From Balanoglossus misakiensis (Eukaryota > Animalia > Hemichordata), in contig CM082578.2 of the NCBI GenBank assembly GCA_040954595.2, forward strand, positions 9,781,519-9,845,518: a stretch of DNA of 64,000 bases, given 5' to 3'. The notes under the pieces are model-generated. The model saw only the letters and a program-made list of their open reading frames with translations, did not search any database and was not told the origin of the DNA. Below, in pieces: positions 42,101-56,670 of this stretch. Both the position numbers and the translations under genes were made by a program. Each line of letters opens with the position of its first letter. The stretch's first letter is position 1.

Positions 42101-43290
42101 GTTGAAGGGAGAAGATGAAACTCTAGTGGGCACACAGTCAAAAACACTGAAGGCAATCAAAAGTTCCAGCTGGTCTCCCTTTAACATATTGAGTGAAAAA
42201 CTCACCCATTAGCATTCAACAAGCATCCAATGTGCTCACACAGAAACCACGCTCTCAGATTGGCTAGTGTGAACTTATGACAACTTTCATCATCTGCAGA
42301 AGAACAATTACGGATTAAGTATGCCAGTCCTGGATTTTCCGGAACTCTTCCATACTGATCGCCATCACACACAACTCTGTGGAGAACCTTCTGAAGTGTC
42401 TTTGTCCGGTGCAGTTTTAAGTACACAGCACTGTCCGGATGAGCTGCAACATCACATGACGATACTTCCAATGTCCACGTTTTGCTGCTTGTTACAATAT
42501 CTTCACAAAATGAGTTGAGGACCTGAAACAAAACCAGTTTCCATTCCTTTTATTAGCAAAGATGAATCTACATTGTGTATTTATATTTCACTGCATCTAA
42601 AATGGTCACACAGTAATGCACCTGAGGAATAACAAAAATATGCTGCAGCTATCCCATAGTGAGCAATTGTAGCGGGTGCTGCTAGGTTGACTGGTGCGTT
42701 CGACACTAGCAGCACTCGCTGCAATTATCGCAGCTAACGTGACACTGAATGATTTTTCATGCTCACAGTGATAGAGAGCACAGTCGCCTGGGAGTTGGGT
42801 CGTATATGCACGGCGATCGCCGTGTATATACGACCCAACTCCATTAGTCCACGGTGACTGTGATACATACCAGGGCAGATCAACTCATTCGACACATGAT
42901 CGGCCGTTGATTTTCATCCAATTACTAAAAGAAGACAAGCCGGACCAGATTTGCGGCTCACCAACGAAACGTCTTTTTGATGATGACTTCCATCGCGAAT
43001 ACTCCAAGAAACACTTAGACGTATGCCATGTTTACCTCTGAGTTCGTTGTACTCGGCTCAAGGCTACTCCGGGGAGGGGGCGGGGTCGTCAACGCCTCCT
43101 TCAATAAAGCACCGGGACTCTTGAAATCTCCACACCCAAGACTTTTTGTCACTTTGTGCAAAGGCACTACTTTTCTTCCTTGGGAACGCCGTCTTTCTGG
43201 ATTCTTTAGAAGCACAAAGTTGTCAAAATCACGCTGAAACTGTTCAAAAATATCCCAATAAGTACTCTCCACCCCACAGGGGGCGGCCAT
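21106..43290 (-). CDS. DALRD3: DALR anticodon-binding domain-containing protein 3, 10 exons, about 616 aa
   Basis: Exons 5'->3': 43290-43036, 42522-42206, 39616-39240, 37091-37000, 36360-36114, 33671-33589, 30354-30234, 29636-29467, 25695-25627, 21225-21106 (TGA). All GT-AG, phases join, 1851 nt. DALR-domain motifs: AAIKFELLST, GSFVIYNFARLSTLF, LREEEEWELL, LSRDFSAYYGRVHVL, RPHLLPTIFARL. Minus-strand AATAAA at 20861-20866. Confidence 0.92.
21826..21918 (+). mobile_element. Degenerate copy of the 85-bp MITE
   Basis: ccctttcac...atggt...gtccaa...attgttttctatggt...gttggacctct...poly-G...tgaaagtg followed by TTAA. Confidence 0.65.
34345..34431 (+). mobile_element. Degenerate copy of the 85-bp MITE ending in poly-G
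   Basis: ccctctcacc...ggtc...accccattgt...ggttggacc...G-run. Confidence 0.5.
38600..38642. repeat. Perfect 20-bp inverted repeat with 3-nt loop
   Basis: ttatttattcatttgagtgt-aaa-acactcaaatgaataaataa. Confidence 0.9.
41918..42061. repeat. Imperfect tandem duplication, about 80-bp period, 2 copies
   Basis: aaagtgcaa(c/g)gttattgatgaca...taaatt(t/c)aattgtca occurs twice. Confidence 0.75.
42665..42726 (+). repeat. 62-nt inverted repeat / hairpin in DALRD3 intron 1
   Basis: aattgtagcgggtgctgctag pairs with ctagcagcactcgctgcaatt (2 G:U on +), plus inner gttga/tcgac stem. Confidence 0.85.
42779..42862. repeat. 52-bp near-perfect palindrome with outer inverted arms (MITE-like)
   Basis: ggagttgggtcgtatatgcacggcga|tcgccgtgtatatacgacccaactcc (42791-42842, one mismatch), flanked by cacagtcgcc ... 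ggtgactgtg. Confidence 0.85.
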
Positions 43291-43307
43291 ATTGAATATT
43301 GCATTGA

Positions 43308-43343
43308 GCATGCGCATGGTACGACTACCCACATTGCCTTGCG
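43308..43343. promoter_or_regulatory. DALRD3 proximal promoter motifs: NRF1-like and ZNF143/Staf-like sites
   Basis: gcatgcgcatg (43308-43318) and ctacccacattgccttgcg (43325-43343, one mismatch to the recalled Staf consensus), 18-53 bp upstream of the ATG. Motif match only. Confidence 0.45.
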
Positions 43344-43576
43344 ATCAACAAACTTTTTGACCTTTGACACTTTCTACAGCAGCAGAGTGACGGTACGGTA
43401 CGTCAAATTGGAGGATAGTTTTATATTTTCTGATGAGAAGAAACCACTGCGTCGCGTCTTGACTACGATACTTATAGTGCATGTAAACCGTTATTATTGC
43501 TGCCGTGTACATGTACTGCTATTTCTGTGTATGTGTGGGGTGCGCAATGAAACACATACACAAATACATGTACATG

Positions 43577-43795
43577 TACATACATACATACATACATACA
43601 TACATACATACATACATACATACATACATACATACGTACGTACGTACATACATACATACATACATACATACATACATACATACATACATACATACATACA
43701 TACATACATACATACATACATACATACATACATACATACATACATACATACATACATACATACATACATACATACATACATACATACATACATAC
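43577..43795. repeat. (TACA)n microsatellite, about 55 units with a short TACG interruption
   Basis: Directly visible; explains the spurious HTYI/VCMY ORFs. Confidence 0.98.
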
Positions 43796-46447
43796 AAAAA
43801 CATTGAAAAAAATGAAAAGACCCAAATACCTTAGTATGAAGACCCGATGTAAAATTAACGGGTATGCAAATACTGTCAGTAAACACAGTTCCATGCGGGA
43901 ATGTCCAAAATATTGTAATTAAGATAAGTCGCTCTCTGCTATCTGTGGGTAAAGATACCATAATGTACGTTGCATAACGAGCATAACTGACTCCAAATAC
44001 TGTAAGTATAGTATAATGTTTCTACATTGATTAGCTATTTCTACGAATCAAACAGACCATTTCAACATGCGCCAAAGGCAATGGAAGTGGAGAGGGACAG
44101 AAACATATAGATAGACAGATAAAGACGTACGGAAACAGACACAGACAGACTAGGCCATAGGAAATCTAACATGACAAGACTAACGTTGGAATTAGGAGCG
44201 TCCTTTAAACCTTTTCCTTGTTCGGTTTGATAGTGTCGAATATGTAGATACGCTGGCACGAAACTGAGACTCTAGCTGTAATGATAAATGGAAAGAGATG
44301 GTGACAACGGGACTGGGTGAGAGAGATATCAGACGGGCAGAGAGAGAGAGATTGTTTATTTGTATATGCATCCAACCGGTACATTCTTTCACCTGTGGAG
44401 TTTAAATTCAATTGTCGACAAACTCTTCCAAACCTACTTTCACTCGCTTGACAACACTTTCAAATCGCGTGAAGGGTTCTTCAAGCGGCATTTAATATTT
44501 ACAACTGCCCGACAACGACTTTATGAGACGAACGACCCGCTTTCAACTAACGACTTGAAATTGAATTTAGCACTTGCCAAACGGCGGTCACACCGAAGAA
44601 AGCAAACATGGGCGCCAGTGGTGACTCGAACTAGTTCATTTGCCCACAATATTTTTTTGATTGACAATTCGTTTCTCATAATCTGATAACCGCTATTTTG
44701 ACGCAACGAAAGCAAGAACGGACACGCTCTCCTAAGTTGGAGAGGTTTACACAGACCTCATAAGTTAACCTTGGGGAGATTTTACTCCACAGACACGCGG
44801 GGACCTGAAAAGAATCGTCGCTCGTACATCACGGCTTTTTTTTTATCGGCGAATCACCTGATTCCTTCTAGTGTCTGCGCGGCGTCTCGGGGTGACACAT
44901 TTGAGTTTTAATGACTTTCTACCAGGTAAACTGAACCCGTTCCGTCATACATGCGCGCCCCCCCCCCAAATCGCCGAGTCACCACAACATCGGGTATCGA
45001 AATGTGAAGTGCTTCTTTTGTGAACAAAGTATTTCGCTGTCAGTCGCACATCATGAAAAGACGCTGAGTACATACTAATTTCAATGAGTAAACACCAATG
45101 ATATATTTCGAATTGCCGACACGACTAAAATACATGTATTATCGATTTTAAGACAACAAAAAACTGCGCACCAAGATAACAAAATCGTGGAAATCTACAA
45201 GGCCTCACCACAGAGGATAGCATGTTGCATGTAAGATAAGAATCGGCGTATAACTGTCGATTTCATGAGCCGAACATTGCGTTATCCCATAGTAACAGCA
45301 ATCGAAGATAGTAACACAAAATTCATAGTTGTTGTCAGATTTTTTTCCAGATCGATTCTACCTTGCGCTCGGTTGATCACCGAGAACCACTGTTTAATAG
45401 AAGGACTCATTTTCTTTCATCTTCCGATAACAATCACCCGTCCCCAACCAACTTTAAAAACTTAATTTATCTCGCTAGTTCAGTTGCAGAGGCGTTAAAC
45501 CGGAGATCCTTATGATCCTGGTAGGCCCAACTTGTGGTCTTCAAGATCATCGATATACGGTGATAAAATAGCTTGCCTCTGGTGGTATGCCTTTCCTCGC
45601 AAATTGAACCAGCAGAGTCAAGGATAGACAGATTGGATACCATGCGTGGGACATGGAGAAAGGAGATTAAACTCTACTACACTCAGTGTTGTGGGGGGGA
45701 GGGGGTTGGGGGCATCAGTTTCGCCCGGTTTGGATTTCAGACAGCCAATGTCGGGTGAAAACGATTACAGTGTACATTTCACTGTGTGACTGAAAACAAT
45801 TTCTTTAATATTTGACCTTTTGACACTGAGAGACATTGCACGGGGTTCGGGTTTCAAAGACGGCCATGCTTTTAAACTGGCCGATGCAGCTGAGATGCCG
45901 TGCGAAGCGTTCCCGCCAAAAAAAATTCTCCATTCCAGCAGTGAAATTGGATAGCGCGAGACATGGAGCTTTAAACCATGATTACATGAAGGGTCAAATT
46001 CCAACTCAGTCGTGGAAAAAAAAGAACCTCGAAAAGTCTACAACGAAATGTGACATCATAAAACGCTTTGTCAACTATTAACATAGCCCAGGTAAACTTA
46101 ATTCCAGGAGGCAATGTGTATTGAAGTGGGGCATTTCAACCCGAGCTATTATATGCAAAGCATCCGTCAGTTGCCAGCAATCTGTAATAAATTAGACCCC
46201 AGTTAGGACTCCCAACTGTTGACCAAAACCAATTGGAAACAGGGTCCTAATATCTATATCTTGATCTTGTCTCTTTCAACAGATTTACATACACAGCTCG
46301 ACCAATCAGGGCGCGTCGACTGGACACAACTATAGCAGACAGCTTTATAGTGTCACTTACTGACTCCAACACAGCTACTGGTACACGTTGACTTGGGAAA
46401 TTCTGGACAGTGTGTGTGTTTGGCTTGCCACAGCATTACACACATAA

Positions 46448-47695
<1,248 letters not shown>

Positions 47696-50600
47696 TAACA
47701 AAACAAATTCCGTTAAACCCTCGTTGCACAAAAAATACTTATTACTGTACAGTTTGTAACTTCATTCACAGCGTGTTAATGAACTTATACGCAACGAAAC
47801 GCGGTACTCCAGATTAATCTTATGTATAATCTATAGTTAATTGGTGCATTTAATGATCGCCAGAGGCAAAATGCCAATGTGTCGATCACTGTCACTGACA
47901 ATGACATAAAACAATGCTTGGCACATTAAGACAATACTAGGCTTAATCTCACCAGATACTTTCCGTGGATCGGAGACAAGAGGAGTGATTTATTTTTTTT
48001 CCCTTCAAAATCGTGGCATTTCAACAAAATCAAAGTACCGAGAGAAAAAAAACACGGTGACTGTAATGTTATTACTTTGGCTATTTTCAGACTTTGGCTG
48101 AGTGGTCAAAGATTAAGCTCATGTAGCTCCGGAGTCCAAATCGGGCCGACCTGCATTTTAGTACCGACTATGTCAGGGTCGGGTCAAAAATTCGCCGAAG
48201 GGATTCCCTGATATGTACCTTGCAAAGTCAGCGTAACACTCTGTACGTAAGCACCGTGTGTTTTTTGTGGTTTCTTCGACGGGGTTAGATTTCTAACCAC
48301 CCGGCTCAGTATGTCAAGGCTCCCCCCCTATGCCTATTTCACAAAATGGGTTGTAATCGCTTCGGGCACAACGATGATCGAGTTTCATTTTATTTCGCGT
48401 TGGCGTGGTTCGTGGAAGAATCAACCCTTCGTTTGTATATATTAGTATAGTTGGAATACTGTCAACGTGGAATGTTATCTATTATATGAATGAACTTTTC
48501 CCCTTCGAGCAAATTTATCTGATTCTGTGATTTTTCTACTTAAGATTGCATATATATTGATTCTGCAATTACGTAATGATTGTTTTATAAAGTTTCCAGT
48601 CAGTGTTTCTTTTTTCATTCCACCATTGATATTTTCTATATATGTTACCAGTCAAGTTTAAATAAAAAATAAAGAAACAAGAGGCTATATTCCATGTATT
48701 TGCTGTTTTGTTTTTCCTGATTCCGATGGAATGCGAGCGGGTACGTTGAAAACAATCAAGTCTGCATCAAGTCCCGTAAACATTCCCTTATTGTTGCCTT
48801 CCGGGGACTTTGTTTATGCTATTTGATCGCCGATTAGTCCCTGGCACATGTGGCAGCGAGATAAGCATGCCTGCCCTCATGGGGCTAGCAATGCACACTC
48901 ACACCGAGCGGCTTTCCCACACGTTATCTCAGAGCCCCCCCCCCCCCCCCCCACCTCCTCCCGAACACACGCACAACAAAACAGTCCCTCCTCCTCTCCT
49001 TGCTGCCGTTTGATTTGTCACCGCCAATTATTCGTGATCTGCGTCGAATAGGCATCAGGAATGGTGGGGATTGCTGTCCGAGTTCCGTCCAAGTGACAAT
49101 AGACGCTTATGTACATATACACACATAACGGTATATGTTTCGTGTGTTGATCCGTGTGTGCAAAGCGGGTTGTAGATAGCTCAGCTCGAAGAGTTCAGAT
49201 GTGCAATCTGACTGCAATCTCAGCAAATAAACTGCTCATCTGGGTTACGCATCTTCGGATTTCTGACCACTATACATGGATCATCCCAGATTGAATGAAT
49301 GCATATGCATTCTCCTTAGGATTTAAGTAATAACTCTCAGGTAAAGTGTATAGTGGTTTTGCCCATGCTTTGCACGACGCTGCATACCCCTTCCAAAATA
49401 TTCAGCATCGTACGTTTCGTAAGCTATATTGCCAAGGTCACCATTAAAGAGAACACGTGTATATACAGTAATACGGTTGCCAAATTGTAATTATTCGAGA
49501 CTTACTACGCGTAACAACTTTTTAATATGGAAGGAACCTTGGTGAATCCGAGTACACTTTTTGTGCTAGGAATAGACAGCACATTTTGTAAGAAGTCTGG
49601 GCTACCTATCTTCTCTCAGGTGTTACAGCGGCATCACAGTCTTCATATTAAACGCCTATAAAGCTGCATTTCAAATGAGTTTATGATCGACAACGTTTGG
49701 CTGCGTAGCATTATCTTAAAGAGGCCCTAAAAGTTGTTATTTGTTCACAATAACGGCGATGCGGCATATACTTTGATTGATGGGATCTTTGTTCACGCTC
49801 GGTGTTATATGACAAAAAAAAACTAGTTTGGCAGAGATACAAGACACAGCGCTTGTTGACATGTTGGTGTGGCATGTTTGTGGGAATATTCGACGTCGTT
49901 ATTTGTGCCGTGCTTGCCACCTTGGAAACTTTCCGCTCACAGTCACGTGGTTACAACTTCGAATCACTGCCGGAGCCACCACCTCAGACCCTGGGAGCGA
50001 ACCACAATGAGATTTTTTTCTTCGGGGGGGGGGGGGGGACCATGACGTCGTTCCTTCTGAACGACAAACGTCACCGAGAGGTATCTGCTTCGAACCATGG
50101 ACACATAAGACAAGTGGAAGAAACAAACACAAACCACAGAGGAGAAATACTGTCATTTGAACCGCGGGATTCTGAGAAATGTTTACGTACTACTAGTATT
50201 TGTGACTCGCGTAAAAGCTATCATAATCATATTATGAATGGTGCATGAACAGCGAGCGCAATGACCCCGAAAAACATTTAAAAAACAATAAACCCAAATT
50301 CGTGACGTCAAGCTGTCCGGTTCCCCTGCATGCTGTTAACGAGACGAGGGTTAATCATGATTCGTGCCTTCGCTGTTACGGTATGCGTTAATTCGAGCCA
50401 TCGCTGGCTGCCCCGACATCCAATGTGTAATTCTTGGAATCAGTTCACTGATAAACAAAATATGAAAATATTTTCCAAGCCATATCCTGTTTTCACAACA
50501 CCAGTAGCAAGAAGAAAGCCAGCAAGCCAAAAACATGTCATGGCCAAAGCTCGGGTCCTAGTCACCCTTTGCTTCCACGCGTCGACCCTGCCGGCCGACT

Positions 50601-53600
50601 GACAGAAAAGTGATTTGTCATCGAAAGCGGACTGGTACATACGGGTTATTTACACAAGCAAGCATCAAGCTCCATTGTTTCAATAATTCACGGAGAAGGA
50701 ATACGATCTCTTGTTTGTCGCCCAGTGGAATGCCACACACAAGTATTGGACATTCGCATAACAGGACTGCGTCTTTTTAACGTATTCCAGGACCCCAGCT
50801 TGCTGGACTTTAATAATCCGCAGTCCCAACACAGTGGACTGTGAATAATTGAACACACTTTTCTGTGAACGTTGTTTTGTCCTGTCTTAATTTTAACGTT
50901 AAATTGACGAACACCAGTTGTGATACAAACTATTGCGTCCCTGAAATATTCACTCGAATTCTCGGAATACTGTCTTTATTCTCACGGGGAAACTCGGGGA
51001 TCACAGTGTTACTGGTAATGATAAAATTGCAGGTTATGTATTTGTTATTGTACAGATGTGAATACCACCAGTCCGAGGTCGCTACTATAATGATGAACTC
51101 CCGATACATTGCAGCTATCTCTGGGAAGACCAAGAAAGAAGCACGGATCAGATAAAAAAAAAATAAGACGGATCGTTCAGAAAACAAATTAAGCATGTTT
51201 TTGTGAATTTTATTATTAGCTGGTAGAGGGCGTGGCCAGATCATTCACAGAGCCTATAAATATAATATGATATCATGGAATATAGAGGAAATTGTAAATG
51301 TGTTAAATAGCTTGGTACTAGTAAGTACCAGACAACATACTTTGTTCTGATGCGATAACAGTAAATTTACACAGGAAATCGCAAGAAAGGTTAGTTCCTT
51401 GGTATTTGGGATATTTGCAATGCCTCTGGGTTGACCCTATCTTAATACAAGGGAGATCTCGGGGTAGTACAGTCCCTTACCTAAAAAGGACAAAATACTC
51501 AAGGAAGACAGCAAATCGATTAGCCTTCAAGTCATTAACAGCCATTGTGGTCTGTTGTGTCCCCTGCACGAGTGGGATTGTGTCACCAATCGATAAAAAT
51601 GATGGGAAAACGCAGTGGAGTTTACAATGATGAAAAAATGCTTGCGATGATTTGCGCGTATGTCTCCAGCGCCTTCTCTGCTTTTCTGCCACTGTGTCCC
51701 AGCAATCGCATGAAATATTGTCGACTACCCATGTTTGTACATTGTGCATTTTACTTACACCGAGGTGAAATGTCATTTAGGCCCAGGGGACTTTCGTAAA
51801 AAGGAAAATCATTGACATGCCTTTTGACCGACTTTCCGTTCATGGTGTGGTCACTAACGGTGCTCTGTTTATTCGGGTATTTCCTCAACGAGGTCGATAT
51901 CACGACTTATGAGCGAGTCGGGTGATTACGGTGCACTGTGTCGACTGGAACCCTTTGAACCAGTTCAACTTTAACTGTTCGAATGCATGACATTTCTAAT
52001 AGAAACCGTGGAATTCGGACCTTGGGAAGTCGCGATGGATTGCCCTGAAAACAACACATTTTATTCACCGTTGGTTTCACTTATTTCATTTGGAGTGGAT
52101 CGTAACAGTGATTTGTTGGTATTAAAAGAAAGTTGAAATATAGCCTCAGTGACGTCAGCAGACTTCCGTTTCCAACTTCGTAGCATTCCGTCTTTATGTG
52201 ATCAAGTACTTTCGGCGGTTGAGAGCTCCAACTCAAGGGCAGTCGGCAGTCATGAAAGAGTCTGACTGTGTCGGTGGAAAATTTGTAGCACTGGGTTTTA
52301 CAGCACATGGTCTAGTACATGTACTGTACATAATACTGGGTAGTGTGCGAGTCGTTAGGGAATAAAGGGGGGGGGGGGGTCTCGTGCAAGGAAAATCACG
52401 TTCGAATATATGACAAGCTTCGTCCATAAACATATTTTGTGATTTTACAAATTCACACTAAACTAGTTCCTCATTATTTGTCCGTACCCAACCACCCCGT
52501 ACTGTACTTGTTACGAGTAAACCAAACTGCGCCCGGGGGTCGTGGAAGAAATCATGACCCCAAGAGCGGAAAGACATCGTGCTGCTGTAACCGACCGCTT
52601 GGGCAACACGTCACACCAAAATACCAAATCGATAGCAAAGCCCAAAAAGATAAAATACCGTGATAAACTGTATACAGTTGTGTAACCAGGACTACGTGAG
52701 TGTAGGAATGTTACGATAGCACGCTATCAACTACTGATATACTAGTAGTGCGTCAGGTTGTTACCAGAAGACCACCTGTATGATTGTTAGCGCCATCAGC
52801 GACGTGATAGAGAAAGTCGTTGCCCGATGAGGGATGAGTCGCATATGAATCCGTGTTACCTCCAACACACGGATACCAGTGATTCCACATATCTGCCTCG
52901 TCTACAAACGATATCGTGTTAATCAGTCTAGCAAACGATCCAGATAATATATGACAGTGGATACAGCGACAAAAGATACAAGAAGGGGCCTGGCGTATTT
53001 TGGCCAAATCATTGTTGTGATTCCGCACTGGGTCTCAAAGAAGTGCTTTCTTTCTGAAAGATTTACCGCGGCAAGATAGTTTGATGTTGACCAAGACTTA
53101 CACAAGTTGTGAAGTCGCGCTTTTGTGTGTGTGTTTTTGCTATTATAAGCATATTACTCAAAGCGATGTTTGGCTCCGACGGAGACGCATGCCTAAGCTC
53201 ACTTACTAGGAAAGTTACGTGACACGTGAACATACAAGTCCCAACATGTTGGATATCTCCATTAAAATATTGCTCCAATATTTATTTTTCAGTTAACAAT
53301 GTCAATTGTTTTATTGACAGAACGCCAGTCTTAATTGCTCACATTCGATGGCATATAGACTGCATCTGATGTTTACACATGTTACACTGCCCTTCATATC
53401 AGTGAAATCCAGTCACATTTAAATTCGCCTCTGTAACTAGAACAAATGCCGTCGTGCATGCCAAATCTATACATGTACATGTATTCACAGCCGGTAAGCT
53501 TACTGGTATAAATCAGTTGATGTGTTGTGGCGATAGTTTGTCAATAAATGTATTCAGATCTTTGAGATGGGGGATATGTATACACTGTTTGATGGCAATG

Positions 53601-53811
53601 ATTGTTGATCAGGGCCATTAGTTCTGTTTTGGTCATAGTTGTATCTCATGTCATCATCGATTGCCTCAGTGTGTAAACACGACCAAGGAATGCAGACACA
53701 AAACGGCGTTTTGTCTTCTTTCGCGAGGCTTCGGTGGAAAATACAAGATATTGCCCTCGTGTTGGGACGGCACCCTGATCGTGCGCGTATAAACAAGTAG
53801 ACATGTATAAA

Positions 53812-53899
53812 ATGGAGAGAGATTGAGGGAGTGAGAGAGAGGAGAGGGGGAGGGAGGGGGCAGAGAGAGAGAGAGAAGGGGGGGGGGGGAAGAGAGAGA
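53812..53899. repeat. Polypurine (GA/G-rich) low-complexity tract
   Basis: About 88 bp of nearly pure A/G on the plus strand. Confidence 0.85.
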
Positions 53900-55307
53900 C
53901 TGCTCTCCGTGAGAACTGCATTCGCATCATCAATCTCAGATGACTGCAGGAAATTAAAGGGCCAATCAATATTTCGACCAGATTCTAGTTTCCAGTTGCA
54001 CTCTCAGCATGTATTTTGTTTTCCCAACACCTATAGAATTTCTTAACGATAATTGGGTACAAAATTCGCTTGGGTATTGGTGTGCACGTATCTTGTTATT
54101 TGAATTTGCTCGATAAACAGCGAGATGTTTATCATGATCCCAGCCAAAAGTATGATAGTTGCAAAACAGCCTGCGGGCCCTTGCGAAAAGAGAGGTTATG
54201 GCCGCAAACAAACACTGGTGCTCTGCGACCTTTTTTGAAACGCGAGCCTTATTGGGGGTCCATGTTTTGACGTCACCGGAGATGACTGTATTTGACAATA
54301 ACAATTTTTGAACATGATGCTTTGTCAAGGATGCAGAGTTCACGACAAAGTTGGGTCGGTAAAATCCATCATGGGCGGGGGGGGGGGGTGTTCATCTTAA
54401 TTTATGAAACTGCAAAGAGGGTAATGATTTTCAGATAGGGGAGACGGGTTAGTTACTATTCATAAATGTCCACCCAGCCATAAGCTTTGTTTCTGTCAGT
54501 GAGTATGAAAAAAAACGTTGATTCTGGAAATTAAAGTGACTTGTCAAAAGCTGAATCTGAAGAAGTTAGGACACCATTTCAAGTTCAAGTTTCAGTGAGA
54601 CACACACAAAAAAATATGCCACACACCCCTGGCTGCAAAAACTGAACGCTCCCTAATTTATGCACGCTGTAAACCCGAGCCCACCGCAAAGCGAGCGTAG
54701 TTGTTATGGAAAAATCTTGTAACCGCTTCATGACCTTGGAAATGTTTTCGTAACGTATGTTATCGAAGACAACGGATTATATTAGAGCATGGACCACGTC
54801 GAGAAGTAGTGACATAACCTTGGAATCATTAAGTCAGATAGCGGGGTGGGGGGGGGGGGCATTTGCACAGAAATCGTAAATTTCACGGTTATTTTTGTTA
54901 CTTTGGGTGAATTGCCGACCACCTATATTACCATGAGGAGTTAACATCAAAGATATGTACTGCACATACACCACTGTTTTGATTTGTTATAACTCGCAAT
55001 TCGATCATTCCGGCGATCATCACACTAATTACAAAACAACAATAACCACAATGAAGAATAACATTTAAAACATGGGGATGAGAAAAATATTGCCATTATT
55101 GGTTTATACGCAAAAACTAAGTCAGTGAAACGAAATTTCCAATATAGGCCTACCACACGCCTGCGCCAAAACATGTAAAACATGACGGAAAAGGAGATAT
55201 TATTGATAAAATTAGTTCTTTTGGAGCAGCGACGCTTATTTGGTAAATTCTTGACTGGGAAAAATGTAGAAAAAAAATCCTATACGAAACGGTAAAAAAA
55301 AAAAATC

Positions 55308-55398
55308 TCCTTCGAGCCGGATTCGAACCAGCGACCTAAGGATGACTATGCATCAATGCCTCTACAGTCCTCCGCTCTACCAACTGAGCTATCGAAGG
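55308..55398 (-). tRNA. tRNA-Tyr(GUA) with 18-nt intron
   Basis: CCTTCGATAGCTCAGTTGGTAGAGCGGAGGACTGTAG-[aggcattgatgcatagtc]-ATCCTTAGGTCGCTGGTTCGAATCCGGCTCGAAGGA on the minus strand, followed by a T-run terminator. Confidence 0.97.
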
Positions 55399-56243
55399 AT
55401 TCCTGACATGAGCAATGAATTAAACAGCCGTATTTTCTATACACGTGTGAATGTTACATACATTTATGAATTTCAAAATTGACATGCTGTCAGAGCTACT
55501 TGACCACGCACATTTCGCTTTTATTTTAGCGTTTATTATTCACGTATTCATATGCGTCACGCGTTGTTACACAGACATGCACCGACAACGGTATCGTTGA
55601 GGGCGCTCGTCACATGGGATGTTTTCGTGTATCAGCTGGGATCTTCTCATAGGCCTAAACAGTAGTACATGTACATGGAATAAGCTTGGGTCCATACTGC
55701 ACGGAGAGCTAGACCACAAATATTAGGGCCCACCCGGTCATCGTAGCTAAAACAGTAGCGCAGCGGCAACCAGACCTGGCTACAGGCCACGGGCGTGACC
55801 AGGTAATACGCATTGGGACCTGCCTGCGTTGTCTCTCAATATGGGAATGTGGCCTCAGTTGACTTCCAAATTTTGGCTGTCAATCTAGACAGCAAAAGAT
55901 AAATTTTGCCCAACATTTTAGATATTAGCGCAGACAGACTGTCTCTAGTACAACCCCTGATCCAATATTCCCGGTCACTTTCAGGAAAAACGCCCGTCGC
56001 GGTTTATCGGCAATCCGGACACAACTGAACCTGGCCCTGATGTTTGAGCACAAGAGGATGGCGCCACCAACAGTCACAACGATGGGTCGAGCAAACGAAA
56101 GTAAGGGTAAATAACACTTTTAAACTATTGAATGCGCTCATTGTTTGGTCACCTGGCACAGTCCCTGGTCATTGGTTTTGATAACATGATTTTCCATATT
56201 GAATGTCAGATCATTTGTTCTCTGTACCTCCGGATATCATCAC

Positions 56244-56334
56244 CCTTCGATAGCTCAGTTGGTAGAGCGGAGGACTGTAGAGGCATTCACGCATAGTCAT
56301 CCTTAGGTCGCTGGTTCGAATCCGGCTCGAAGGA
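56244..56334 (+). tRNA. tRNA-Tyr(GUA) with 18-nt intron (56281-56298)
   Basis: Canonical metazoan tRNA-Tyr body, intron aggcattcacgcatagtc after position 37, T7 terminator immediately 3'. Confidence 0.97.
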
Positions 56335-56464
56335 GATTTTTTTACTGCAAAGTCAACCTTGACGTTGTATTGTCCCCATTTAATTACTTGCAACATGTTC
56401 ATGATATTCTTTTTCAAATATCACATGCAAAACCTGCAGTAAAATACCAAATGGTCATCTCCGG

Positions 56465-56670
56465 GATGGAGTCCAGCTTTGGCAAATCCATACTGATGGA
56501 GCTTGACACACTGTCGAATGTCGCCTCCGTCGACGTGGTCAAGAAACTGTCCTGGCTTTTGATTTTCGGCACGCCTGATTTCCGCGCCTGCTGTTTCTTG
56601 GACGTCCCCGTTCTCGAGCGCGCGTCGTCTTTCTTGTCAACTCGCGAGAACCTGTCGAACGACATGGATT
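56465..56670 (-). repeat. 206-bp direct duplicate of coding segment 57590-57795
   Basis: Base-by-base reading finds no difference from gatggagtccagc... to ...cgacatggatt; the ORF track shows the same peptide (MSFDRFSRVDKK...LPKLDSI) twice. Confidence 0.95.

Noticed and set aside
43339-43961. ORFs with HTYI/VCMY repeats
   Set aside because: Translations of the (TACA)n microsatellite.
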